NCBI GenBank assembly: GCA_036679495.1
Contig: JAZDDE010000064.1
Location: 631-64,630 of the forward strand
Direction of reading: 5' to 3'
DNA length: 64,000 nucleotides
Source of the DNA: Gemmatimonadota bacterium
GTDB taxonomy: Bacteria > Gemmatimonadota > Gemmatimonadetes > Palauibacterales > Palauibacteraceae
Positions 9,599 to 18,785 of the stretch are shown here, one piece after another (position 1 is the stretch's first letter; each line of letters begins with the position of its first letter). Below the pieces are notes generated by a model. The model was not told where the DNA came from and made no database searches. It saw only the letters and a program-made list of their open reading frames with translations. Position numbers and translations under genes: made by a program.

Positions 9599-11332
9599 AT
9601 GATCGGTCTCGGCTCACAGACGGTTCCGTGGCTCGAACCTCCTCCTGTTCGGGCCGACGAGATCGATCGGCTGCATCACCAGACTCGGCTGCCGGTCTCT
9701 TTGTGTGAGCTTCTTATCCGGCGTGGATTGACCAGTCCTCCGCAGGTCCGTGCCTTCATGCGGCCTGATCTGAGCGGTTTGCACGATCCAGCGCTCCTTC
9801 CCGATCTCCCTGCCGCCGCGGACCGAATCATGGCCGCCATCAGTTCCGGTGAGACGATGCTTGTTCACGGGGACTATGACGCGGACGGTCTCACGGCGAC
9901 GGCGCTGTTGACTCGGGGTATTCAAGAGCTTGGAGGACGAGTCTCCGGGTTCATCCCCAACCGGCTTCGTGACGGGTACGATCTTTCCGCGGCTGGTCTT
10001 GACCATGCTCGGGAGACGGGCGCATCTCTGGTGATCACTGTGGATTGCGGTGTCACCGCAAACGCTAGCGTGGAGCAAGCAAACGCCCTGGGACTGAACG
10101 TAATCGTAACCGACCACCACCGGCCCGGAGCGCAGCTTCCAGCCGCCGTGGCCGTGGTGAACCCTCAGCGCGCGGACAACGAATATCCGAACCGATCTCT
10201 GGCCGGCGTCGGCGTCGCGTTCAAGCTGCTGACAGAATTATTTAGGCGGGCGGGTCGAGGCGAATCGGAGCTGAACCAGCATCTGGATCTTGTGGCCCTT
10301 GGGTCGATTGCTGATCAAGTACCGCTGCTCGGAGAAAACCGGGCCATGGTGTCGGCGGGTCTCAAGGTATTGGCAGCCAGCGCCAAACCCGGCATTCGGG
10401 CCCTGCTGGAGCGGGTCGGCCACGATGCCTCAGGACCAGTCCGGGCGGCAGATGTATCGTTTCGCCTCGCACCTCGGTTGAACTCGGCAGGCCGGCTCGG
10501 ATCCGCGAATCCAGCCTTGCAGCTCCTACTCGAGGATCGTCCAGTCGAGGCTCAGAGGCTGGCGGCATTCCTGGAGGCCCGCAACGCAGAGCGGCGCGCC
10601 GAAGTAGATCGCGTCTACGATGAGGTCGAGGCTGGCCTGGCCCGGGTCGCTGATCCTGGCGCCCAGCCCATTACGATGATCTACGGGGATGGCTGGCCTT
10701 TCGGTGTCGTGGGAATTGTCGCGTCGCGGCTGGTAGACAGATTTCATCGGCCTTCTTTGGTCATCGCCATCGACGGCGACGTAGGACGCGGCTCTGCCCG
10801 CTCCGTGCCCGGCGTCAACCTCCACGCGGCGCTCTCCGAGTGCTCGGACCTGCTCGAAAGGTTCGGCGGACATAGCATGGCGGCGGGTCTGACCGTGCGT
10901 GCCGACCGAATTCCGGAGCTCCAGGAGCGGCTGGGTTCGCTGATACGCGAGCAAGCGGCCGCTCAACCTGATAGCAAGGGGTTGGCGACGGACCTCCTCG
11001 TGCCCCTCGGGAGCGTGCACCGCGAGCTGTACGACTGGCTTGCCCGGCTGGAGCCATTCGGCAACAGCAATCCGAACCCGGTGCTCGTATCGCACAGGGT
11101 TACCTTCGGGAAGGTCGAACGTGTCGGGCCTGCCAGGAGTCACCTCCGGGCCGAGCTGCTCGGCGGTGACGGCGGCAGGTTGTCTTCGATCGGATTCGGG
11201 ATGGGAGACCGAGCGGCTGAAGCTGGGGCTCTGGCTGGCGCCGACGTAGCCTACGAGCTGCAGATTCACCGGTACCGAGGCCGGAGCCGGCTTCAGGCGC
11301 GCCTGCGGGACTTCAGACCGCACCTCGTGTGA
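9599..11332 (+). CDS. recJ: Single-stranded-DNA-specific exonuclease RecJ
   Basis: 577 aa. DHH motifs VHGDYDADGLTATALL, ITVDCG and VTDHH; DHHA1 region GGHSMAAG. Confidence 0.9.
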   Translation: MIGLGSQTVPWLEPPPVRADEIDRLHHQTRLPVSLCELLIRRGLTSPPQVRAFMRPDLSGLHDPALLPDLPAAADRIMAAISSGETMLVHGDYDADGLTATALLTRGIQELGGRVSGFIPNRLRDGYDLSAAGLDHARETGASLVITVDCGVTANASVEQANALGLNVIVTDHHRPGAQLPAAVAVVNPQRADNEYPNRSLAGVGVAFKLLTELFRRAGRGESELNQHLDLVALGSIADQVPLLGENRAMVSAGLKVLAASAKPGIRALLERVGHDASGPVRAADVSFRLAPRLNSAGRLGSANPALQLLLEDRPVEAQRLAAFLEARNAERRAEVDRVYDEVEAGLARVADPGAQPITMIYGDGWPFGVVGIVASRLVDRFHRPSLVIAIDGDVGRGSARSVPGVNLHAALSECSDLLERFGGHSMAAGLTVRADRIPELQERLGSLIREQAAAQPDSKGLATDLLVPLGSVHRELYDWLARLEPFGNSNPNPVLVSHRVTFGKVERVGPARSHLRAELLGGDGGRLSSIGFGMGDRAAEAGALAGADVAYELQIHRYRGRSRLQARLRDFRPHLV

Positions 11333-11886
11333 GCATTCGAGTCATAGCTGGCGATCTCAAGGGACGGCGGATCCCGGCGCCCAGCGGCAGGACCACCCGA
11401 CCGACTCCAGCCCGGGTCAGGGAGGCCTGGTTCAGTGCGCTCGGCGAGAGTGTTCAAGATTCGCTGGTGCTCGATCTGTATGCCGGAACCGGAGCGCTGG
11501 GGATCGAAGCCGTGTCCCGAGGTGCCCGTGGCGCAACCTTTGTAGAGCGGGATGCCGCGGCCGCCACAGCACTGGGCCGAACCTTGGAAACATTAGGCGT
11601 GGCTGAGAAATGCACAGTTCGGCGAGGATCGGTAGAGCCATTCATCGAGAGTCTCTGCCGGACGGGTTCTGACTTCGATATCGTGCTGGCGGACCCCCCG
11701 TACGGGACAGGGGCGGCGGTGGTCCTCGTAGACAGATTCCGAGCCGACCCGTTCGCCTCGATCCTGTGCGTTGAACACGAGCCGGACGTACTCGATGAGG
11801 TGGACGGGCAGTGGCAGCGCCGCTACGGTGACACGGCCCTTTCCTTCGTATTCGCGAAACCACATGAGGCAGGCAATGAACTCTGA
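11329..11886 (+). CDS. rsmD: 16S rRNA (guanine966-N2)-methyltransferase RsmD
   Basis: 185 aa. IRVIAGDLKGRRI..TRPT..VREAWFS..LDLYAGTGALGIEAVSRGA..DPPY. Confidence 0.85.
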   Translation: MSIRVIAGDLKGRRIPAPSGRTTRPTPARVREAWFSALGESVQDSLVLDLYAGTGALGIEAVSRGARGATFVERDAAAATALGRTLETLGVAEKCTVRRGSVEPFIESLCRTGSDFDIVLADPPYGTGAAVVLVDRFRADPFASILCVEHEPDVLDEVDGQWQRRYGDTALSFVFAKPHEAGNEL

Positions 11887-12385
11887 GCGAGTAGCGATCT
11901 ATCCGGGCTCGTTCGACCCCCTCACGCTGGGACACGATGACATCGTGCGGCGCGGCCTCAGGCTCGCGGACCGACTTGTGGTAGGCGTGTCCGAGACCGC
12001 AACGCAGACGAAACGAACCGTGTTCTCGGTGGAGGAGCGGCTCGAGATCATGCGCGAGGTCTACCGTGACGAGACCCGAATCGAAGTGGTCAGTTTTTCA
12101 GGTCTCCTGGTTAACTTCGCCCGTGATCGCGGGGCTCCCCTCATCATTCGAGGCCTGCGGGCCGTGAGCGACTTCGAGTACGAGTTCCAGATGGCTCTCA
12201 TGAACAGATCACTGTGGGCCGAGATCGAGGTGATATTTATGGCCCCCGATAGCCACTACACATTCCTCAGTTCCTCTCTGGTCCGGGAAGTGGCAAGCCT
12301 GGGCGGGGACGTGTCGGGTTTCGTACCCGAGCGAGTTCTGAATCGGCTCGAGGAGAAATTCGGAGCGTCGGTGCGCGGGTCGTGA
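11876..12385 (+). CDS. coaD: Phosphopantetheine adenylyltransferase
   Basis: VAIYPGSFDPLTLGHDDIV..IIRGLRAVSDFEYEFQMALMNR..SSSLVREV. Start is set at ATG 11876 (ATG 11864 also possible); the ORF track starts further upstream inside rsmD. Confidence 0.9.
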   Translation: MNSERVAIYPGSFDPLTLGHDDIVRRGLRLADRLVVGVSETATQTKRTVFSVEERLEIMREVYRDETRIEVVSFSGLLVNFARDRGAPLIIRGLRAVSDFEYEFQMALMNRSLWAEIEVIFMAPDSHYTFLSSSLVREVASLGGDVSGFVPERVLNRLEEKFGASVRGS

Positions 12386-12404
12386 CGCCGGAGTCCATCC
12401 ACGC

Positions 12405-13361
12405 GTGACCTTTCTCTCGTCGCTGGCCAGACGGGCAGGCGCCACCGGCAGCAGGATCGGCTTTCCGGAGGCTCACGAGCGGCGCACGCTTGAAGCCATG
12501 CGCCGGCTCCAAGGGTCCGGTGTGATTCCGGTGGCCGTCGGACGCGGTGAGGACGTCGCAGCGGCCGCCGATGGCCTGGAAATTCTGGACATGTCGGCAG
12601 AAGAGGTCCGCGCGGCGGCACTCCCGCACCTGGCCTCCGAGAGCGGGCGCGATCAACCCGGCTCACTCTCGATGTCAGTGGCCTTGTTGCGCGCCGGATT
12701 GCTCGATGGAGTCGTGGCAGGAGCCGTAGCCGCAACCTCGGACGTTCTGCGTGCCGGGCTTAAGCTCCTCGGGGTGAAGCCGGGAATACGTACCGTGTCG
12801 AGCGCCTTCTACATGGTCCTTGATCAGGCAGAAGAGGAAAGCGAGCGGGTGCTCACGTTCACCGACGGCGCCGTGGTGCCGGATCCGACTGCTGAGCAAC
12901 TGGCCGAGATTGCGGCCGCGGCCAGCGATGCCCGACGGGCGATCGTGGGCGACGAACCCCGCGTCGCGTTTCTCTCCTACTCGACGGCGGGGTCGGCCGA
13001 GGGACCGTCCGTATCGAAGGCCCGTGAGGCGGCCAGGTTGTTTCGAACGATTCGTCCGGATGTTGTGGCAGACGGAGAGCTCCAGGCCGACGCGGCGCTG
13101 GACCAAGCTGTGGCTGCGCGCAAATCGCCGGGCTCTCCGTTGCATGGGGCGGCCAACGTTCTGGTCTTTCCGAATCTCGATGCCGCCAACATCGGATACA
13201 AGCTCGTCGAACGTCTCGCGAACGCCCGCGCTGTGGGCCCGATCTTGCAAGGTCTGGCTGGCGCCCTGAACGACCTCTCGCGCGGGGCCTCGATCGACGA
13301 CATTGTTAGGGTGGCGTATGTGACGGCACTGATGGCGGAACCCGCACAGGAGCAGACATGA
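12405..13361 (+). CDS. pta: Phosphate acetyltransferase (PTA_PTB family, short form)
   Basis: 318 aa. ..FLSYSTAGSAEG..ADGELQADAAL..ANVLVFPNLDAANIGYKLVERL..GPILQGLAGALNDLSRGASIDDIV. No ackA in the window. Confidence 0.75.
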   Translation: MTFLSSLARRAGATGSRIGFPEAHERRTLEAMRRLQGSGVIPVAVGRGEDVAAAADGLEILDMSAEEVRAAALPHLASESGRDQPGSLSMSVALLRAGLLDGVVAGAVAATSDVLRAGLKLLGVKPGIRTVSSAFYMVLDQAEEESERVLTFTDGAVVPDPTAEQLAEIAAAASDARRAIVGDEPRVAFLSYSTAGSAEGPSVSKAREAARLFRTIRPDVVADGELQADAALDQAVAARKSPGSPLHGAANVLVFPNLDAANIGYKLVERLANARAVGPILQGLAGALNDLSRGASIDDIVRVAYVTALMAEPAQEQT

Positions 13362-13690
13362 GCTTCACAGTCGAGAGCAGTGGTGATGTCACTGTGGTAG
13401 TGGTGGCGGGTGAGCTGATTGTAGGCAATCGGCAAGAGTTCAAGCAGGGCGTTCTCGAGAATCTGGACCAAAGAGCGACCAAGTTCGTGATCGACTTTGC
13501 CGATTGCGGATATATCGACTCCAGCGGTCTCGGAGTCCTTGTCACTCTGGGCAAGAAAATTCGCGAGAGAGGCGGAGAGCTGCGGCTCGCCGGCCTCAAT
13601 GAGGACCTTCTCGTTCTCATGGAACTGACGCGGCTCGATACTCTGTTCAACATTGCTGATTCCCGAGCCGAGGCGCTGCAGGGATTTTGA
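13358..13690 (+). CDS. STAS-domain anti-sigma-factor antagonist (SpoIIAA/RsbV-like)
   Basis: 110 aa. ..VVVVAGELIVGNRQEFK..FVIDFADCGYIDSSGLGVLV.. with the conserved phosphorylatable DSSGLG motif. ATGA overlap with the pta stop. Confidence 0.85.
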   Translation: MSFTVESSGDVTVVVVAGELIVGNRQEFKQGVLENLDQRATKFVIDFADCGYIDSSGLGVLVTLGKKIRERGGELRLAGLNEDLLVLMELTRLDTLFNIADSRAEALQGF

Positions 13691-16022
13691 TTTTCGGACG
13701 GTGATCCCCTCCGGTGTTCTGGTTTGCAGCGGCCGCGAGCAGGTGGCTGCCGATCTCGAGCGGCAGTGGGCGCTTCTCGGGGTAACCACACAGGTCGCTC
13801 GATCCCGCCAAGAATGGCCGCAGGCAGCGGGCGCTCTAGTGGTGATCGATCTTTCAGACCCGGGCCAGCCCGTAACCGATGCCGCACAAGCATTCCCCGC
13901 CTCCGAGCTGGTAGCGCTGGTGGACAATCAGTCGCTCGCGGGTCTCATTCCGGCCCTTATGGCGGGTTGCCACGACTACCTCTTCTATCCGACCAATTCT
14001 CCGGAACTGGCTCTCAAGTGGCGACGCCACGTAGACGGTCCTCCGGAGAGGAAGGCTATCCGGACGGGCGAGGATGAGGACCACATCGGTCTCGAATTTC
14101 CATCGGATATCCGCTACGTACGAGAGGTCGCCAACGAGGTTGTGGCCGTCTGCGAAGCGAGAGCGTTTGACGGTGCTCAGGCGACCCTGAACGTACGCGT
14201 CGCGCTGGGCGAGGCGATCAATAATGCCATTCTGTATGGGAATCGGGAGGATCGCCTAAAGCGCGTGTCGGTCGCCGCCATACTACAGCCAGGAGTGCTT
14301 ACGGTGACGGTGACGGACGAGGGTCCCGGTTTTGACCCGTCCGCCGTTGTCGATCCCACGCTCCCAGGCAACCTCGAGCGCGACAAAGGAAGGGGACTCT
14401 TCCTGATTCGCTCCCTGTCCAACGCCGTAAGGTTCAATGAGCGCGCCAACGCGATTACGCTCCGATTTACCTCGCCTGGCGTGTCACTTGGCCGAACCTC
14501 TGAAGCAGGATGGCCTCGGGTGCAGGAGTTTCTTTGGGAGTACGAACGATTGACGAAAAGCCGGGTTCGTCTCCGCCTTGCTTCCGGCGCGGACGGAGAT
14601 GACGGGAACGTAGTGTACGACGGAATCGGACCGAACGATCCAGCCGCCGCGTCCCAGCAGCTGAGTGCCGGGCCCTGGACGCTTCCGCTCGGAGGTTTCC
14701 TGCGCGCTGAGGTGGTCGGAGCCGATCCCGCGACGCGGGAGCTGACGGTCAAGCTGCTGGAACAGGCAGTTACCCAGCTCATGGGCTCGGAGCAAGAGGC
14801 GAGATTTCTGGGGCGGGAGGTTGCGGACCGGACTAGGGAAATCGGTCTTCTGACTTCGATGAGCGAAATACTGGCCACGTACCTGGATCTTGAGAACGAA
14901 GTTCGGCAGTTGTTGATCGGAGTCGGTGACGTCCTGGGGGCCGAAGCCGCGGATCTATGGCTGCTTGACGATGACGCCGGGAATCTTGTGCGTTTGGCGG
15001 GATCCGGGGCTCCCGGGCCGCCTACTGGAAAGGGTCGGCCGGGCGCCGCTGTATCCGAGGTACGGCGTTCCGGTCGCAGCGCCGTGAGGGGAGGAGCGGG
15101 GGACGGAGAGGCAGCCTCCCTCGCGGTTCCTGTCACCTATATGCCGCCCAAGGGAGTGCCAAAGTTGCTTGGCGTCCTCTGCCTGAACGGATCGATAGAC
15201 CGCCAGCCGTTTACTGGTGCCGATGTTACGCTCGCGAACGCCGTTGCGAGCCGGCTGGCGTCTTCGATCGAGAACGGGCGCCTTGTGAGCGAGGGAAATC
15301 GGCGCGAGCAGGCTCTGGCTGGCATGAGTCTCGCCCATGATCTGCAACTGAAGCTCCTGCCCGAGCTCAGCGACTTCGATGATCTGGGTGACATTGCGGC
15401 CCGCTGCGAGCCGGTCGAGTCGGTGGGCGGTGATTTCTACAATCTGATTCGTCTTCCCGGCGACCGACTCGGCATCATGCTCGGCGACGTTTCTTCGCAC
15501 GGATATTCGGCCGGTCTGATCATGGCCCTCATGATGAGTGCGGCCCCTCTGGTCGCGGCGCGCACGGTTGAACCGAGGGAAGTTCTTCGGGCTATTCATC
15601 GCCTACTTGTCCGCAAGCTGGAGTCCACGGAGATGTACATGACCGTGTTCTACGGCGTACTGGATGCGGGCGCCGGAACGCTCCGGTACGCGAACGCCGG
15701 CCATCCCCACGCCTTCCGGGTCGGGAGGGGCGGCAACCAGAGGCTTGGCGCACTGAACCCACCGCTGGGTATCGCGGAATTCGATTCCTATGCCCAGGCA
15801 GACACGAAATGGATTTCGGGCGAGGATGTCCTGCTTCTGTTTACGGACGGGCTGACCGAATGCGACAGAGCGGAGAACCTGTGGTCCGACGAACGCCTGT
15901 TGCAGGCGGTGCGAAGCGCGGCGAGCGCAGAAGCCGCCGAAATCTTGAACACGGTATTTGAACTGGCGTGTCCGCCGGAGGCGGAGATCTCCGATGATCG
16001 CACCGCCTTGATCGTAAAGTAG
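13653..16022 (+). CDS. Multidomain partner-switching protein: pseudo-receiver, RsbW/SpoIIAB-type Ser kinase (HATPase_c_2), GAF, and PP2C/SpoIIE phosphatase
   Basis: 789 aa. Approximate domain spans: aa 17-125 REC-like (VVIDLSD; lacks the acidic pair and the Lys). aa 145-275 kinase (LGEAINNAILYG..DEGPGFDP..GRGLFLIRSL). aa 390-540 GAF-like. aa 560-789 PP2C (GGDFYN..MLGDVSSHG..YANAGHP..LLLFTDGLTE). True start may be GTG 13701, just after the STAS stop. Confidence 0.8.
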   Translation: MLIPEPRRCRDFDFRTVIPSGVLVCSGREQVAADLERQWALLGVTTQVARSRQEWPQAAGALVVIDLSDPGQPVTDAAQAFPASELVALVDNQSLAGLIPALMAGCHDYLFYPTNSPELALKWRRHVDGPPERKAIRTGEDEDHIGLEFPSDIRYVREVANEVVAVCEARAFDGAQATLNVRVALGEAINNAILYGNREDRLKRVSVAAILQPGVLTVTVTDEGPGFDPSAVVDPTLPGNLERDKGRGLFLIRSLSNAVRFNERANAITLRFTSPGVSLGRTSEAGWPRVQEFLWEYERLTKSRVRLRLASGADGDDGNVVYDGIGPNDPAAASQQLSAGPWTLPLGGFLRAEVVGADPATRELTVKLLEQAVTQLMGSEQEARFLGREVADRTREIGLLTSMSEILATYLDLENEVRQLLIGVGDVLGAEAADLWLLDDDAGNLVRLAGSGAPGPPTGKGRPGAAVSEVRRSGRSAVRGGAGDGEAASLAVPVTYMPPKGVPKLLGVLCLNGSIDRQPFTGADVTLANAVASRLASSIENGRLVSEGNRREQALAGMSLAHDLQLKLLPELSDFDDLGDIAARCEPVESVGGDFYNLIRLPGDRLGIMLGDVSSHGYSAGLIMALMMSAAPLVAARTVEPREVLRAIHRLLVRKLESTEMYMTVFYGVLDAGAGTLRYANAGHPHAFRVGRGGNQRLGALNPPLGIAEFDSYAQADTKWISGEDVLLLFTDGLTECDRAENLWSDERLLQAVRSAASAEAAEILNTVFELACPPEAEISDDRTALIVK

Positions 16023-16027
16023 ACGCC

Positions 16028-16837
16028 GTGCTCAAAGCCAAGCGGTCGCTGAGCCAGAATTTTCTCATGGATCACAATCTTCGCCGCAGGCTTGTCGAGG
16101 AGCTTGGTATTGAGCCCGGCGACTCGGTATTGGAGGTGGGTCCGGGACACGGCGAACTGACAGAACTCCTGGTAGAGCACGCCTCACACCTGTGTTTGGT
16201 CGAGAAAGATGATCGGCTGGTGGATGTCTTGCGGTCGCGCTGGGAGACGGATGCGCGCATTTCGATCGAACACGCGGACGCGCTACGCACTGACTTGGCC
16301 GCCCTTATGGACCGCCGGCACCCCTTCCGGCTGATCTCTAATCTGCCGTATTCCATTACCTCTCCGCTCCTGTTTCGGTTCCTCGAACTCGTGCCGATTC
16401 CGCGCAGGATCGTAGTGCTGGTTCAGAAGGAAGTGGCGGAGAGGATCGTTGCCGCCCCGGGGAGCCGCGCGTACGGAGCCTTGAGCATAGGCGTGCAGGC
16501 GAGAGGCCGGGCACGGCTGGCGTTCGGGGTTGGCCGCCAGGCGTTCCGGCCCGTGCCTCGCGTGGACTCGGCCGCCGTGGTCCTGGATCCAGACCCCGCC
16601 AGTCTCAGTGTCGAGTCGGCGAAGGGACTCAGGCGCCTGACGCGGACAGCCTTCTCACGGCGCCGAAAGCAGATGCAGAAAATCCTCCGAACGGCACCGG
16701 AGTACGAGCTATCGGCGGCGGATAGCACCGCCCTGCTGCTGAGCCTGGATATCGATCCCGTTAGCCGCCCTGAAGAGCTGAGCCCGGCCGATTTCCAGCG
16801 TCTAGCGGCTATTCTGGAGGTTCATTCGTCCGGTTGA
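16028..16837 (+). CDS. rsmA: 16S rRNA (adenine1518/1519-N6)-dimethyltransferase
   Basis: 269 aa. KRSLSQNFLMD..VLEVGPGHGELT..ISNLPYSITSPLLF. Confidence 0.9.
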   Translation: MLKAKRSLSQNFLMDHNLRRRLVEELGIEPGDSVLEVGPGHGELTELLVEHASHLCLVEKDDRLVDVLRSRWETDARISIEHADALRTDLAALMDRRHPFRLISNLPYSITSPLLFRFLELVPIPRRIVVLVQKEVAERIVAAPGSRAYGALSIGVQARGRARLAFGVGRQAFRPVPRVDSAAVVLDPDPASLSVESAKGLRRLTRTAFSRRRKQMQKILRTAPEYELSAADSTALLLSLDIDPVSRPEELSPADFQRLAAILEVHSSG

Positions 16838-16863
16838 GAACGCGGGCTGGCCGAGATATCTTC

Positions 16864-16881
16864 TTGTGAAGCCTTTCACAA
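16864..16881 (+). promoter_or_regulatory. Rex operator (ROP box) TTGTGAAGCCTTTCACAA
   Basis: Perfect 7+4+7 inverted repeat TTGTGAA-GCCT-TTCACAA, matching the Rex consensus TTGTGAA-N4-TTCACAA as I recall it. Ends 10 nt upstream of the rex ATG (16891). Only such site seen in the window. Confidence 0.7.
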
Positions 16882-16890
16882 GCCAGTCCA

Positions 16891-17535
16891 ATGACCACAC
16901 GACGAATCTCGGAATCAACCGTTCGCCGACTGTCGCGATATCTCAGGCTGCTCCGTGATCTGACGGCGCAGCGAGCGGAAGTCGTGTCCAGCCAGGAACT
17001 CGCGGACCGCAGTGGGACTACCGCGGCTCAGGTGCGGAAGGATCTCAGCGTCTTCGGATCTTTCGGCCAGCGAGGACGTGGATACTCAGTGCAGGAACTA
17101 GAGCGAACTCTCGAACATATCCTGGGGCTTGAGAAGCAATGGAGGGTGGCGCTGGTTGGAGCCGGTAAGATCGGCACCGCGCTTCTGGGATATAGAGAGC
17201 TGGCGGATCGCGGATTCGACGTAGTGGCTGCCTTCGATACGGATGTCGACAAGATCGGATCGGACCTGTTTGGGGTCCGGGTATTTCCGATGTCCGACCT
17301 GAATGAAGTTGTTTCGAATCGAGGCGTGGAGGTGGCGATCATAGCCACCCCGCCGGAGGCTGCTCAGGATACAGTCCGACTTCTCGAACAGGCGGGCGTC
17401 CGTGGGATCCTCAATTTTGCCCCGGTGGGACTCACGGTGAGCGAGGAGGTATCCGTGCGAACAATGGACGTCGCGCTGGAACTCGAAGCGCTCAGCTTCG
17501 CACTTTCGTCGAGGACGAATGGCGGGCGGGCCTGA
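16891..17535 (+). CDS. rex: Redox-sensing transcriptional repressor Rex
   Basis: 214 aa. ISESTVRRLSRYLRLL..VSSQELA..AAQVRKDLSVFGSFGQRGRGY winged helix, followed by a Rossmann motif ALVGAGKIGTAL. Confidence 0.9.
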   Translation: MTTRRISESTVRRLSRYLRLLRDLTAQRAEVVSSQELADRSGTTAAQVRKDLSVFGSFGQRGRGYSVQELERTLEHILGLEKQWRVALVGAGKIGTALLGYRELADRGFDVVAAFDTDVDKIGSDLFGVRVFPMSDLNEVVSNRGVEVAIIATPPEAAQDTVRLLEQAGVRGILNFAPVGLTVSEEVSVRTMDVALELEALSFALSSRTNGGRA

Positions 17536-18785
17536 TGACGTCAGCGCCTGGTGGCGGCACGGAGTCCTCTCTACGAGTGACCAGCGAGATCGGCCGACTG
17601 CGTCGTGTCATCTGTCATACGCCAGGTCCTGAGTTGGCCCGTGTAGCGCCCAGCAACCGGCATGAATACCTGTTCGATGATCTTCTGGATCTTCAATTGG
17701 CACAGCGCGAACATGCTGCCTTTGCAGACATCCTCAGCCGTTTTGCGCACGTGTATGAGACGGCGGATCTGCTCCGGGATGTGTTGGAAATTCCCGAGGC
17801 CCGCGACTACATCACATCCCGCTGCGGGTCGGAGATCCGGACCAGATCGGAGATCGCGGGCTCAGATGAAATAGCCCGCCTGCTGATCGAAGGCGAGGAG
17901 ACGAGCGTCGGTGCCCTGGCCACACTCGTCAACGAACCCTCCTATTCGCTCCCGCCGCAGCCTAACCTGTTCTTTACGCGAGACTCTGCGGCGGTCGTCG
18001 GCAGTCACGTAATGATCTCGGCGATGCGCCATGAGGTGCGTTGGACCGAGATGGTGCTCATGCGGGCGATCTTCTCGTTCCATCCCGAGCTGTGCAGCGC
18101 CGGGATCATGTTTGACGGCGCCAGCGAGAGGCGACTCAACACGCGTATCGAGGGCGGGGATGTTCACATTCTCCGGGAGGATCTGCTCCTGGTAGGCCTG
18201 TCCGAACGCACGAGCGCCGCGGGAATCGACGCGCTGGCAGCGTCCGTATTCGAGCTTGGCCGCGTGCGGGATATCGTAATCGTGCTCATGCCCCCCCATC
18301 GGTCTTCGATCCACCTGGACATGATTGTGACCATGGTGGGTCCGGGCCAATGCTGCGTTTTTCCGCCCTTCTTTCTCGGGCCCTCGCAGCTACCAGTGCT
18401 CCATCTGAGCCGCGGTGCTGACTCTCTGACACAGCCAACCGACTTGTTTAAGGTCCTTCAGAACTTGTCGTTTCCGCTCTCACCGATCTTCTGCGGTGGG
18501 GAGTCCCGCACGATGCAGGAGCGCGAACAATGGGGGAGCGGCTGCAACTTCTTTTGTGTCGGACCGGGTCAGGTGCTCTCATACGGACGCAACGAGCACA
18601 CCCTGGCGGCGCTGGCCCGGGACGGCGGTTTTCGCATCATCTCAGGAGACGAGTTCCGCGCCGGAACGGCTGAACCGACTGACGATGAGCGCTTCGCGAT
18701 CACGTTCGACGGGGGCGAACTCGTGCGGGGAGGGGGAGGTCCGCGCTGCATGACGCTACCGGTGGAACGAGACGAGTGGGCCTGA
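17535..18785 (+). CDS. arcA: Arginine deiminase
   Basis: 416 aa. LRVTSEIGRLRRVICHTPG..EYLFDD..EGGDV..C-terminal GGGPRCMTLPVER (catalytic Cys motif). Start shares a base with the rex stop (TGATG). Confidence 0.85.
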   Translation: MTSAPGGGTESSLRVTSEIGRLRRVICHTPGPELARVAPSNRHEYLFDDLLDLQLAQREHAAFADILSRFAHVYETADLLRDVLEIPEARDYITSRCGSEIRTRSEIAGSDEIARLLIEGEETSVGALATLVNEPSYSLPPQPNLFFTRDSAAVVGSHVMISAMRHEVRWTEMVLMRAIFSFHPELCSAGIMFDGASERRLNTRIEGGDVHILREDLLLVGLSERTSAAGIDALAASVFELGRVRDIVIVLMPPHRSSIHLDMIVTMVGPGQCCVFPPFFLGPSQLPVLHLSRGADSLTQPTDLFKVLQNLSFPLSPIFCGGESRTMQEREQWGSGCNFFCVGPGQVLSYGRNEHTLAALARDGGFRIISGDEFRAGTAEPTDDERFAITFDGGELVRGGGGPRCMTLPVERDEWA

